Shown in pieces: positions 22,926-37,500 of a DNA stretch of 64,000 nt. This stretch comes from Massalongia carnosa (Eukaryota): the NCBI GenBank assembly GCA_965645245.1, contig OZ287072.1, positions 1,240,001-1,304,000 of the forward strand. The letters are read 5' to 3'. A program made the translations under genes and the position numbers. The notes below the pieces were generated by a model. It was given only the letters and a program-made list of their open reading frames with translations. It was not told the DNA's origin and ran no database searches. Each line of letters starts with the position of its first letter. The stretch's first letter is position 1.

Positions 22926-25785
22926 TCAGAGAGCCTTCACAGATTGAAAAAAGGGATTGTCCAGCAGTTTCTGGTTCCCTAGTACCAACTCCTTCATCTT
23001 CCCCACCAAATCCTCCCTGCTCATTCCTTTCCCCTCCGTCTCCGCTTTCCACTGCACCAGCATCTCCTTCAACAGCGCGCTGCCCTCGTCAACCTCTTTC
23101 TTCGAGTGCCGCACAGCCGCGGCGTCGTGCTTGGCGGAGAAGTCCTCCAGCTCGTCAGCTTTGCGCTTTGCCATGTTGACCACTTTGGGCGGGAAGCGGA
23201 CTAGCTCTGCTACATGGATGCCGAAGCTCTGGTCACAAACGCCGTCCTCGACTTTGTATAGGAGCGTGACTTCTTTCCCGTCTTTAGGAGTCTTCTTATT
23301 GGTACCATCGCCGATGTGTGCGACGACATGCAGGTTCTGCACCTGGGGGAAGTCATTGACCAGCGCCGTGAGCTCGTGAAAGTGAGTGGCGAACATGGCA
23401 AAGCAGCCGATTTCTTTAATGATGTGCTCGGAGATGGCCCACGCAAGCCCGAAGCCGTCGTAGGTACTGGTACCGCGGCCTAGTTCGTCGATAATAATAA
23501 GGGACTCGGACGTGGCCGATTTGAGAATGTTGGCTGTCTCCAGCATTTCCGCCATGAAGGTCGAGACTCCCTTGAGCTGCGAATCGCTGGCACCGACACG
23601 CGCGAGGATGCTGTCAAAGAGGCTGAGCTCCGCTTCCGAGCAAGGGACGAAGCAGCCGATTTGCGCCAGCAGTGCGATAACTCCAATTTGCCGAATGTAG
23701 GTCGATTTGCCGCCCATGTTGGGCCCGGTGATGATGAGAAACTCGGAGCTGCCGCGAATGAGAGAAACGTTGTTGGTAATGAACTGGATATCGTCTTGCA
23801 TCTCCATGCATGGATGACGGGCTTCTTTTAGGATGGTATTTCCCTGGCCTCGAGGGTGCATTTTAGGGCGAACATAAGCACTGGGGGCATGGACTGAGAC
23901 GTGGGCGAAGCTGACGATTACATCAAGATGAGCAAGCACGCCAGCTAGCTTCTCGATGACGGGGCAATAAGATGCTGCGACATTGACGACCTCCGTGACA
24001 AGACCGCTTTGCGTCCGGTTGTAATTGGCGGAAAGCTGATCGTGTTCTCGTCGCATGTTTTGCATGGTTGTAGTGGTGAAGTAAACGCCATTTTTCTGTG
24101 TGGAGCATTCCTGATACTCTCTCTGGTTACGGATGCAGCTTGCTTCGGCCCGTGTGAGTCTGAAGCACCATCCGTGAACCCGGTGGTTTTCAAGGAAGAG
24201 CTTCTTTTCGGTGTCTTGGTTCAAATCATTACCAACCCTCCGGTGCTCGGCTTCCATATCGCGCTTTAGCTTATCCAGTTTCTTCTTTATCACTCTTAAA
24301 CTTTCATCAAACTCGGGTTTGATGATGAATTCGTGACGATCAAGGGCTTCCAAATCCACAGTTGTTTCTACCATCTCTTGCAACTTGGCTAGGCTGTTGG
24401 AGTACTCCACGAATTTTGAGGTATATTCTGCATCAAGCGGATCTTTGTACTGCTCGTCCATAACACCCTCCAAGGTACCAATGAAGCCCGGTATCCGAAT
24501 GACAACCTGATACGCCCTAACGACGTCTTCTAAATTTGCTAGTTTTCTTTGAAATCTTTTCGCCAGCCGATAGAGATCCGGAATTGACCGAAGGTGCTCT
24601 TCTTGTAAACTTTGTCTCAGTTCGGTGTCCATTACGAACGCTTCGACTAGCTGCTGGCGTGTCTCAATGTCTTCTAGGCTCATCAATGGTTGTTTTAGCC
24701 ACTGAGCCAAAAGCCGACTTCCAACAGGAGTTTTGCAGCGATTCAAAAGTCCATATAAACTCATGTTCTTAGACCCATCTCGAGGTCCAGGCATGAGATT
24801 CAGTGCTTTTAGTGCAGACGCGTCTAACTTCATATATTGTGATAGGTCATGCTGGTAAAGCTGGTATTGCCCGAAATTTGATGGATCAGAAAGAACCCCT
24901 AAATATTTGATAAGTGCAGCCGCGGAGCCCATGGCCAGTTTTAAATCGGTTTGAGGCAGCGTTCCTGCGGCGCGTTCATCTCGTAGTATGCGAGTTAGGT
25001 CTTGTTCGATATCTTTGGTTCCAAAGTCACCAAGAGTACGTTCGGCAATCGCTATACCGCAACTGTCTGCAATGCTCCTCAATTTGGCCAATTCGACATC
25101 TTTCTTCTGGCCATCGGCTTGAATCAAACACTCCTTAACCCCAAGCTGTATTAATAGGGACTCAAAATTTGAGTAAAGATCGTTGTCTAGAAATTCGCTG
25201 ACCCCAAGCTCCCGCACACTTGCATCCGCAAAACACACTCCAACATTTCGTGCTTCCGATGCTTTCGCTGAAACCTTCACGGCAAGTATAATGGGAGCTG
25301 AATCTACCTGTCCACCAAGCTCGTCTTCCACATCCTGTAAGTTTCCTGGGGAAGCCTGCTTTTTGATCTTCCACTGCATCCGACCAGTGGTATCCCAGAT
25401 CTCAACACGTTTGCTTAGTCTAAAAAGCGCTTCCCGTAAGAAATTTCGATATACAGTAATGGTCATCGTCACAGAAGGAAGACCTGTATCTGCCTTTCCC
25501 AGCTGTCGAAGAACCGACGTAGTCTTGTAAACCTAAGAAGTCGGTTAATGGAGTGATGTGGTGCAGTGAAGAATAGCTTACGGTGCGTGCGATAAAATCT
25601 GCATCTTCTCCATGTGCGGTGTACCAGTCTCCGCGTTCGAAGACTCGGATAGTTTCATCATCCTTTGCTGGAAGACCTCGAAAGAATCGTATAAAGCCGA
25701 TTTCATCATCTACCTATATCTAGTAAGCTAAATGCAGCAGATATGCAATTGCCGTGTCCACCTTCAACTCTGGTCGTGATGACAT
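22926..25785 (-). CDS. MSH2: DNA mismatch repair protein MutS homolog 2
   Basis: MSSRPELK / [11 protein letters not shown] start with two 5' introns; WYTAHGEDA; ATPase motifs [49 protein letters not shown]. Confidence 0.97.
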
Positions 25786-25867
25786 GGCTTTAGGTATATA
25801 GGCCTTTTACTATGTTTTTGATATGCTTGTCGATTAAAAGCCGTTTTCAGATTTATCACTCAAGTCA

Positions 25868-25925
25868 ACGCGTCTAGTAACGCGACAGAAAATCTCGTAG
25901 ACCTGATTCAGCAATATGTCACGTG
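25868..25925. promoter_or_regulatory. MCB (MluI) boxes and an E-box in the divergent MSH2-CHL1 promoter
   Basis: ACGCGT 25868-25873, ACGCGA 25880-25885 and TCACGTG 25919-25925 lie in a 340-bp spacer between two S-phase genes. Confidence 0.55.
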
Positions 25926-26125
25926 CTATGAAGTCTAACACCTCGCCCCATTATCACTTCGTGTTTAGTGTTTGGTAAGAAATATGTTTGATCTTCCCTT
26001 CAAATCAGAAGACAGTGTCGCCTCATTATGCCAAACGCTTGAGAACAATATGCGAACTTGCGGTTGAATTGGCTGGCAACGTGATCCGCATAATACATTG
26101 CGGTTGTTATTAGGGAGGCCTCATC

Positions 26126-29100
26126 ATGGCTAGTGTAGGCCGGGACTTTCATCACCCATACACACCCTATGAAATCCAAGATCAGCTTATGAACGCGATT
26201 TATGACTGCATTGCAGAGCGTAAAGTTGGAATATTTGAATCTCCAACAGGTATCTTATATATGTCTTATTTGATCTAGAGATTGGCACCTCCTAATGCGG
26301 TGCATTAGGCACTGTAAGTACTTTTATTTACTCTCATACTTCATCTACCAAGTAAATGAGGTTTTAGACTGCTTTATTGGTGTGGATTTCCCCTATGTTT
26401 TTGTCAGAAAGAGACGGTGGCTTGATCCAAGATAAGTACCGATAAAGAGTTTTCTAGGGCAAATCTTTGAGCCTAATTTGCAGCTCGTTAACATGGCTTC
26501 GGGACTTTCAAGACGGGAAACTCGAAGAGCAGATATTTTTGGATCCAGGTGAAAGAGTTACCTTCCCCCTGGGATAGATAATGCTTATAAGAGTTAGATG
26601 ATGAAGAACCGAGCTGGGTCATGGAACATGCCAAAATCCAGAGGAGGAATGCTATCATCGAGCAAAAGCTAGAACTAGAAGAGCGACTCACGAAGATTCG
26701 AAACCAAGAGTTGCATCAGAAGCAACGGTATGAATCCGGCCAACCCCAATTAAAGCGACATGTAGGTTTCACTAGTGCGTTTGAACAACCAGTTCTAACA
26801 GGAATTAGAAACTAAGCGAAAGAGAAAACCAAGCGGACGGGGCTGCTGAAGCAAGCTTCGTGCTAGACGATTATACCAGCGATGATGAGGGCAGTTCACA
26901 GGCAAACCCAATAAAGGGTATGCTCAACCAAGACGGCTTCTCTATCACAAGTATAAATCTAATGCAAAAGTCAGTACATAATGTTATGCCATTAAGGGCT
27001 AAAATTAATACTCGTTTCCAGATTAGGCATGTTCGCTGGGCCATCTTTGGAAAATGAGGATGTGAAACCTGTCGATGAAACTAAGATATTTTACTGCTCA
27101 AGGACTCACTCACAGTTGACTCAGTTCGTGCATGAAATACGCAGAGTAAAACTTCGACCAGCATTTTGGGTTGCAGCCCCGGATCAATCTCTCACAAGAG
27201 AAAACCCTGAACTACCGCCTGTCAAACATCTCCCCCTCGGAGCCAGGAACAATCTATGCATTAACTCGAAGGTTTCCAAACTTGGCAACGCTGTGGCTAT
27301 CAATGAACGTTGTCTTGAACTCCAAAAGCCAAGCACGCCTCAAGACCACAAGTGCATTTTCCTTCCAACCAAGGAAAACGAGTCACTAGTCCATCAGTTC
27401 AGGGATAACACCCTTGCTAAAATCCGGGACATTGAGGACCTTGGATCCATAGGTAGAAAAATCGGAATTTGTCCGTACTATGCAACCAGAGCAACTGTCA
27501 AGCCCAGCGAGGTAACTTTTATAGGTAGCAACTCCATTTATGATGCGCTAGCTTATAGATTCTAGATTATCACACTCCCATATCCACTTTTGTTACAAAA
27601 ATCGGCTAGAGAAGCTCTGGACATTTCTCTCAAAGACCACGTGATCATTATCGATGAGGCACATAACCTCATGGATGCAATATCTAATATTCACTCAATC
27701 ACTATAAATCAGTCCCAGCTGAAATGCTGCAGAACACAGCTAGGCATATACTTACAGAAATTCAGAAGTAGGTTAAAAGGCAAGAATAGGATCTATGTCA
27801 CGCAGGTGGTTCGGTTATTAGACTCTCTTTCTGCTTGTCTAGATAACATCGCTAAGAATAGCAAATCTTCGGATGGAATCCTGAATATCAGTGAGTTTTT
27901 AACTGGGAAAGGCGTCGATCAAATAAATCTCTACAAGCTTATGCGGTACCTTGAGGAAAGTAAGCTCGCACGAAAGGTTGAGGGCTATATTAAATTTACT
28001 AAAGAACATGAGTCAAACCCCATCTCAAGGCCTCACCCCTCGTCTTTACCTGTTCTCATACACATTCATTCGTTTCTCCGAACCTTAACAAATCCTGCTT
28101 CAGAAGGGCGCTATTTCTACGAAAAGCAAGAAGGCAATGAATGTTCCATTAAGTACATGCTCCTCGATCCAACCTACCACTTTAGGGAAATTGTTGAGGA
28201 GGCAAGGGCAGTGATCTTAGTGGGCGGCACCATGTCACCTGTAAGATTAAGAGCCCCTACTTTGTTTTTGCTGGGCTGAACATTGGGTAGATGGATGACT
28301 ACGTCCGTCATCTTTTCCCGTACGTCAATTCTGATCGTCTCAAACTATGGAGCTGTGGTCACATCATACCTAAAGATAATTTGATTGTTTTGTCAGTTGC
28401 GAAAAGGGCAAAGAGCTTAGACTTTGATTTTACTTTCAGCAACCGCAACTCGCCAACCACCGTTGATGCGCTAGGAAATTCTCTTCTCGAAATATCCGCT
28501 GCAATCCCTGACGGGGTGGTCGTCTTTTTTCCCAGCTACGCATATCTTGATCAAGTGATCATACGGTGGCGGAACGGAGCAGCTCAGGCCTCTACAAGTC
28601 TCTGGGACCGCCTTTCAGAACAAAAACCCGTCTTTCAAGAATCTAAAGATGCCAATGTTACCGATGACCTACTTCACAAGTACACCAAAGCCGTTGATAG
28701 TGGCAAGGGAGGTCTACTGTTATCAGTCATTGGCGGGAAAATGTCCGAAGGCATAAACTTCTCAGACAAGCTTGGCCGAGGCGTCGTGGTGGTCGGCCTC
28801 CCCTTCCCAAACGTTCAAAGCGCGCAATGGAAAGCGAAGCTTGAATATATCGAAAAGAGCACCATACGCGGAGGCGGAAGTCGAGACGAAGGTAAAATTG
28901 CGGGTCGGGAGTTTGTTGAGAACGCTTGCATGCGAGCTGTGAATCAGAGTATTGGGCGGGCGATTCGTCATCAAAAAGATTTTGCAAGTATCATTTTGTT
29001 GGACCGGAGGTATAGAACAGAGCGCATCGAGAGCAAGCTTCCGGGATGGATTAAGCAGAGTGTAGTGCATGGAAAAGGGGATGAATCTTTTAAAGATGTC

Positions 29101-29157
29101 ATCAGTAGCCTTGAAGTTTTCTTCAAGGCCAAGTGCAATGGTACGAATACGAGTTAG
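26126..29157 (+). CDS. CHL1: ATP-dependent Fe-S DNA helicase Chl1 / DDX11
   Basis: FHHPYTPYEIQ; Walker A FESPTGTGKSLSLIC assembled across a microexon; SRTHSQL; CPYY; IIDEAHNL; GGTMSP; MSEGINFSD; AVNQSIGRAIRH. Confidence 0.95.
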
Positions 29158-29370
29158 AAACAAATGTGAAAGTGGATTAGCTCCAAAGCTTTGACTCTAG
29201 TTAATGATACTCATATCTTTCGACTATGCGAAAGAAACCCTGGAGCTCCAAATCTCTCAATGTCTGGCTTTTGCTATCAAGCGAGATATTAACGTATCTT
29301 ATCACCGGATGAACTTTATCACCGGATGAACACCATCAAAATCAACCCACAATATTCCAATTGGTCTAAA

Positions 29371-31325
29371 ATGGTCAACGAAGCAGCTATTCAGGAAGCG
29401 ATTATTGATTTAAAATCCCAGAAAGCTCCTAATTTTGCTGCTACTGCTAAAAAGCATAGCGTACCTCGTTTGACCTTAACGCGTCGCTTCAAAGGCGAAA
29501 CCGTCTCGAGCGCCGAAGCTCACTCTAGACATCATAAGCTACTGACCAATGCTCAAGAATCGGTCCTCATTGAGCATATTCGAAAGCTTTCGGACCGGGG
29601 TATTCATCCCACTCCTCAAATACTCGAAAATCTGGTTGTGGAGTTCGTGAGAAAGCACGTCGGGAAGTGCTGGGTCTATCGATTTCTAGAGCGCTACGAA
29701 AATGAGCTTACAAGCGTATATCTACGCAATATCGACCAATCTAGGCATATTGCGGATAATTCTAAGTATTTTGAACATTACTTTGCAGTCGTACTAGCCC
29801 ATTTCCCCTCATTTCCCTATAATCTATGCTTATGCCGCTGAACTTGCTTATGCCGCTGAACTTGCTTATGCCGCTGAACTGACCCTAGACCCCCTAGCTC
29901 CAGGAGAAGATCGAAAAATACCACATCAAGCCCTCGAACACATACAACTTCGATGAAAAAGGCTTCCTAATGGGTATATGTCGTACTATGAAGCGTATCG
30001 TACCGATTGATCACCTTCGAAGCAAAAAGACGCTCGGTTCGAGTCAGGACGGATCTCGCGAGTTCATCTCCCTTTTGGCTACGATTTGCGCCGACGGTAG
30101 CGCTCTAACACCAGATTTGATCTATCAGGGGGATTCGTACGATCTACAAGATACCTGGCTCGAAGATTATGACTGCTCATCAGATGAAGCTTACTTTGCT
30201 GTATCCAAAAAGGGCTGGACCAATGAAGAACTGGGGCTTTCCTGGCTTTCAAAGCTTTTCGAACCGATTACGCGCAAAAAGGCAGGTAACGCTAGGCGCC
30301 TATTGATTATGGATGGTCATTCGAGCCATGTAAACATGAAGTTTATCGAGTTATGCGATAATCATGGGATTATTCTAGCTATTTTGCCCCCGCATTCTAC
30401 ACATCGGTTACAGCCCCTGGATGTTGGAATCTTCTCACCGCTCTCTACCGCCTATTCGAACCAAATTGACCATTTGATCCTGTCGAGCCAGGGCTTCTCT
30501 CGAGTTACTAAGCGTAGCTTTTGGTCTATGTTCCGTACGGCATGGAAAACAGCACTAAGCTTCGAAAATATACGCTCAGCTTTCGCTGCCACTGCGGTTT
30601 ACCCACTATGCCCCGAAAAAGTTGTAAACCAGCTCAAAAGGAAGACTCCATCACCAATTCAAAGCGATAGCGAATCTAAGAAAAAGACTCCGGGCTCCGT
30701 ACGAGGTGTACGAAGAGCAGTCAAAGCGATTCGATCCGAAACGACCGACACAGCTGCAGGACTGGATTTGATGATTCGAGCAAGCGAGAAACTAGCAATT
30801 AAAAATGATATACTGGAATACGAGATTATTGGGCTTCGTACAGCACTAGTAGACGAAAAAAAACGCCGGAGAAGGGGGAAACCGATGGGTCTATTTGTCA
30901 AAGATGAGCCCGGGCAGGCTATGTTCTTTTCTCCGGCTAAAATTGCTGCGGTTCGGACCCGTCAAGAGGAGCTCGAGGCTCAGAAAGAACAGGAGAAGCT
31001 TGAAAATGAAGTAGAGCGTTAAAATCGGGCTGCTGAGAGGGAGCGTAAAGCTCAGGAAGCTCAGGAACGGCGCGAAACTAGGCAGAAGACTCGGGCTGAA
31101 AAGCTGGAGCAGAAGCAGCGTGAAAAAGAAGCTCGTACAAACCAGAAGGAACTTAACAAGCAGCTTAGGCTTGAAGAGCAGTCAGAAAAGGATCAAAAGA
31201 AGCAAGCTCCTATAGCTAGAAAGCGAAAACTGGAGGATCCACCTCCTATAGAGCCGAAACTGCCCGAAACGAGAGTAGCTCGTAGCGGGCGCACTGTAGT
31301 GATTCCTTCTAAGTTTAAGGAGTAG
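29371..31325 (+). pseudogene. Fot1-type transposase (HTH/CENP-B-like N-terminus, DD35D) with a premature stop at 31020-31022
   Basis: Exon 1 29371-29790, intron 29791-29897, exon 2 from 29898. Catalytic YNFDEKG, LIMDGHSSH and LQPLDVG, with 35 residues between the last two D. The frame stays open for 100 codons after the TAA, to ...RSGRTVVIPSKFKE*. Confidence 0.88.
29827..29880 (+). repeat. Perfect 18-bp tandem repeat x3 inside the transposase intron
   Basis: TGCTTATGCCGCTGAACT at 29827, 29845 and 29863. Confidence 0.95.
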
Positions 31326-31619
31326 AAAATAACTGTATCGTGTTCGTACAATGCTATTTACCCTTTCATATGATTTTTATAGCTTTATATTCATTGATCA
31401 TCGAGATATTCTAGTTTTAGGTCGTAATTACCATTTCTGGAGGGGTGCACGGGTGTTCATCCGGTGATAAAGTTCATCCGGTGATAAAATACGTTAAAGG
31501 GCTGAGCCACTCCTCTTCTAGTTAGCTTTATCCTCCGCACACAAACTAGCCGAAAAGCCTTTCGATATCAATCACCTCCCAGTTCAAACCATCCAAATTC
31601 ACCAACCCGCTTGACAAAA

Positions 31620-32456
31620 ATGCCTACACGCTTATCAAAAACCCGCAAACAGTTCGTCATCACTCCTTCTCCCCTCCCCATCCTCTGCTCTTACAGAGCT
31701 TGAATTCAGCAAAAGTGCACTCCCTAGCTAATACGCAACTCCCCGATTACTAGTCGTGGCCACGTCTCCGCTGGACATGGCCGCGTGGGAAAACATCGAA
31801 AGCATCCCGGTGGTCGCGGTATGGCGGGTGGCCAGCATCATCACCGCACAAATCTTGACAAATACCATCCCGGCTACTTTGGGAAAGTGGGCATGCGATA
31901 TTTCCACAAGCTGCAGAATCAGTTTTGGAAACCGGTGATCAATCTGGATAAGGTGCGTTTGGATTTTTCTCCGTCGCGCGAGTTTGTGTGGATTGAGAGG
32001 GAGTAGGGGAGGGGATGGAAGTGGTGATGAGTTTTGAAGGAGAAATGAGAAGGGGAGACAGATGCGCAGGGCGTGATGAGGTTGGTTTGGAGGAGAAGAT
32101 GGCATGGAATGTATATTGCGGTTTTTTAATGGCTTGGGCGGTGCTTGTCATGAGCTACCTTCCTCCACAGCAGTTTCCTCGCCTTGTGCAAATGTTTTCA
32201 ACCAGAATATTCCAGCTAATTCTCCTCCTCCCCATAGCTGTGGTCTCTCATCCCCATCGAGAAGCGCGACCAATACCTCGCAGACAAGGATGGGGACACA
32301 GCGCCTGTATTAGACCTGCTACCATTGGGCTACTCAAAGGTGCTGGGAAAGGGTCGGTTGCCAGAGATCCCGATCGTGGTACGGGCAAGATATTTCAGTC
32401 GGGAGGCAGAGCGGAAGATCAAGGAGGCTGGGGGGGTGGTAGAGCTGGTTGCGTAG
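31620..32456 (+). CDS. RPL28: 60S ribosomal protein uL15 (yeast L28 / L27a)
   Basis: [11 protein letters not shown] / [52 protein letters not shown]... / LWSLIP...[12 protein letters not shown]...[13 protein letters not shown]; two introns. Confidence 0.97.
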
Positions 32457-32688
32457 TTGTGGTGGTGATATCTGTGGGAAGAAAGGAGGTTGTTGTTAGA
32501 AGGGAACGCGAGGGGGTGGATTTAGATATCCCGAAATGCAGCATCATGAATTCACAGCTCGGGTGGACGGTTTGCTCTGTCAAACGACGTGGTTGAGAAG
32601 TACTTTTTACTCACACATGTCAAATGAAATGATTGTGCTAATTACAGATTACTCCATGTTTTGCATACGATTAATCCCGCATTAACAA

Positions 32689-34301
<1,613 letters not shown>

Positions 34302-34482
34302 TTAGGCTTGTTAGCTTGGGTGATTTTTATTACAGATTGCTATGAAGCATATGCCCAAAACTCCAAGCATCTCATGATTTCTTCCACTCGCAATGAGTTG
34401 ACCAACAAAAAATCGAACGCTAAAGCATTGGAAAGATAATGACCAGAGTACAACCAGCACCCGAACTTTAGCCGAGGGGTGG

Positions 34483-34518
34483 ACGCGATTGTTTACGCGC
34501 TACATTCATTTGTAAACA
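34483..34518. promoter_or_regulatory. MCB-like and forkhead-type sites in the divergent CDC7-YCS4 promoter
   Basis: ACGCGA at 34483; TGTTTAC 34490-34496 overlapping ACGCG; GTAAACA 34512-34518. Confidence 0.5.
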
Positions 34519-34578
34519 TTGCTTCAATACACCTTGATGTATGAATGTACTAAGTTCTCATAACTTCTACTAATTACG

Positions 34579-37500
34579 ATGGATGACCGTGTCAATTTTG
34601 ACGTTAATGATGCTCTTAAGCACTACCTTAGCGACCCCGTCGCAATTTCTACTCCCGAAGCCAATGGCGCTCTGATAGACTGTGAAAACGATCCGGAATC
34701 GCTCAGCAGCGGTCTCATCAATGGTGTTTTGAACCCAATTGTTGATTCAATTGCGGAGAACCCGGAAGCTCTTACTAGAAGTTCTACATTTGATTCCTTG
34801 CAATTTCTACTGAAGTGTGCCCCTACTTTCCTTGAGTCCCAACGACATTTCCAAAGTGAACCTGATTCTGAACTATTCAAACTTTCCAGATCAGCCTCGT
34901 TGCTGCCCATCCAGTCTCTAAGTAAGATATTCGATCTGATCGTCTCAGGGCTGTCGTCCGAGGCCGACACTTTAAACAATAAGCTTGAAACGGACGAGCA
35001 AGATGCAGTTTTACAGCACAAGCAGCTTCTGGAAATGTATGGTTTCCTGCTGCAGTGGTCAATTTCCGTTGTCGAAGTCAAATCTGCGGAAAAGCCCGCC
35101 AGCGGGCCCCCGGCAAAGGGTCGAGGAGTTGGAAAAAATGTAAAACCAAAGGCCAACGCAAAATACGGTAGCTGGGACTCTACGATTCAGCTTCAATTTG
35201 CATTGGAGACAATGTGTAAAGTTTTGAAGCTGAAGCTGGGTAAATTATTCACGACGACTTCAGAAAGAGATACTTTTGTTGGGCTCTTCACCCGTTCAGT
35301 ATATCTAATATTGGAGAATGAACAGAGAACAAAGACCACCGCTTTACGAATGCATGCATTTAAGGTCCTGTGTATAGCGGTGAAACATCATGGACACTCT
35401 TTTGGTATAAGTCACTCTTTGTTAAATGGTAGAAAGCAAGCTGAAGGTTTGACAGGGGCACAAACATCCATAATTCAAAATCTTTCTTACTTCGAGCACC
35501 TTGCTGAGCCTATGGCTGAATTCCTTCATATACTCTCGGAGCAATACGATTATCCACAGCTTGTAGATGAAATCTTGAGGTTTGTGTAGTATTATCAGCA
35601 GCTTAAAATTCAAAGCTGACTTTTTTTTAAAAAGAGACTTAAGCAATAAAGAGTTTAACAGTAACGACACAAGGGGTCCAAAGTCGGTCTCTGCATTTGT
35701 CATCAAGTTATCTGAACTTGCTCCACGTCTTGTCATTAAGCAGATGACATTGCTCGTAAAACAGCTGGATAGTGAAGTTGGCTTTCGTACCTTCCGTTAG
35801 CACACAAAATGCTGATAAATTCAGGCCTATACCCTTCGATGCGCTGTAATAGAAGTATGCGGAAATCTGATAGCGGATCTGAGTAAACAAGAGGAACGAA
35901 GCGAAAACTACAATACTCAGATCAACGGATTCTTCGATATATTAGAAGAACGGTTTCTAGATACTAATAACTACTGCCGTTGCAGAGATATTCAGGTATA
36001 CATGAAAATTTGTGACTTGGAGCAAAAATTTCCCAAACGCCGCCAAGCAGCAGCAGAGCTTGCAGCCCGTAGTCTTGAGGATAAGAGCAGCAATGTCCGC
36101 AGGAACGCAATCAAACTGCTTGGAAAGTTGGTATCGACTCACCCATTCAGCATCATGCACGGCGGACAACTGTCATATAGCGAATGGAATCAACGATTAC
36201 AAGCAGTGGAGATGGAACTAAATTCTCTGAAGCCTCCGGTTGGATCTCCTGGTCTCGTAGAAAAAGATGGTCATCCTGACGCTAGCGTTGACGATGCCCT
36301 GTTAGATGAAGCTACTATCTTAGAGAATGAACCGAAGGAGATTCCTGCTCCAAACGCAGAAGAGCAGGCTGCAATCTTGAAGAAAGCAGCAGAGGATGCC
36401 GCGACGTCAGAGCTCATGACAAGACTGCAGTTAACTCGTAAATACTATGTCGAAGCAATACGATTCATAGAAGTCCTCCATGGCGCAACACCAATCGTTT
36501 GCCAACTTCTTTCGTCGAAAAACAAAAGCGAGGTGATTGAAGCCATGGATTTCTTTGTAGTCATTGATGCATATAAAATTGAGGCGGCGAGGACAGGCAT
36601 CCGGCGCATGCTCCGTCTGATCTGGACAAAAGGCAACAGTGATGAAGGCAAGGGTGTCCAGACGCACCTCATAGACTGTTATCGAGGGCTTTTCTTTGGA
36701 GCACCCGACTCTTTCAGCGAGAACGATGCTGCTAATTATGTTGCACGCAACATGATTAGTCTTACGTTTGGGGCAACTCCGGCAGAACTAACGTCTTTGG
36801 AACAGCTTTTGAGCACGATGGTTAAAGCTGAGCATGTATCGGATCTTGTCATCACCAAGCTCTGGCAGGTGTATGGGGTACAGAAGCAAGAAATCTCGAA
36901 AAATCAGAGACGCGGAGCAATCATCGTACTTGGAATGTTAGCTATAGCTAAGCCTGAAATAGTAGTCAAGGAGATGGGAACATTGCTTCGAATAGGGCTT
37001 GGTAGCCTAGGCCGCTCTGATTTGGGCCTTGCAAAATATACCTGTGTTGCGTTACGCCGTATCAACCCAACAAAACGTCAAGCAAAGAACTCAGATATCC
37101 CAGCATCAAAGCTGAACAATGATCATGCTGTCCTCACAAAGCTAGCAGGCATCATTGAGATTGTTTCTGATAGCAAAGAGTGGTATGGATAGGCAGTAAC
37201 TGAATCCTCGATAAATGTATGCTAACGGCAACCTAGGTTTGGTGTTGCAGAACAGGCCATCGGGGCAATCTATACCATTTCCAAGCATCCAGATACTCTA
37301 TGCTCAGAAATCATTCGGCGCAAAACTAAACATGTGTTTCAAAAACAAGATCCTCCATTGCCATCTGAGTCAATGGAAGGGGTAGAAGGCCATAGCGTAT
37401 TGCCAACTCCACCCCCAGAGGATCCTAATGTAAGACAAAAACCATCTCTGGCGCTCTCTCAGCTTCTCTTCATTGTTGGGCACATAGCAATCAAACAGAT

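Larger units (their letters stand above)
29292..31494 (+). mobile_element. Fot1/pogo-like (Tc1/mariner superfamily) DNA transposon, 2203 bp, full length
   Basis: 43-bp TIRs at 29292-29334 and 31452-31494 (ACGTATCTTATCACCGGATGAACTTTATCACCGGATGAACACC, 1 mismatch) with an internal direct repeat. TA on both flanks (29290-29291 and 31495-31496). Confidence 0.96.

Noticed and set aside
25801..25812. GCCTTTTAC resembling U5 snRNA loop I
   Set aside because: No flanking stem or Sm site, and it lies in the MSH2 leader on the opposite strand.
29827..29880. Regular direct repeats that could suggest a CRISPR-like array
   Set aside because: There are no spacers. It is a simple tandem triplication in a eukaryotic intron.
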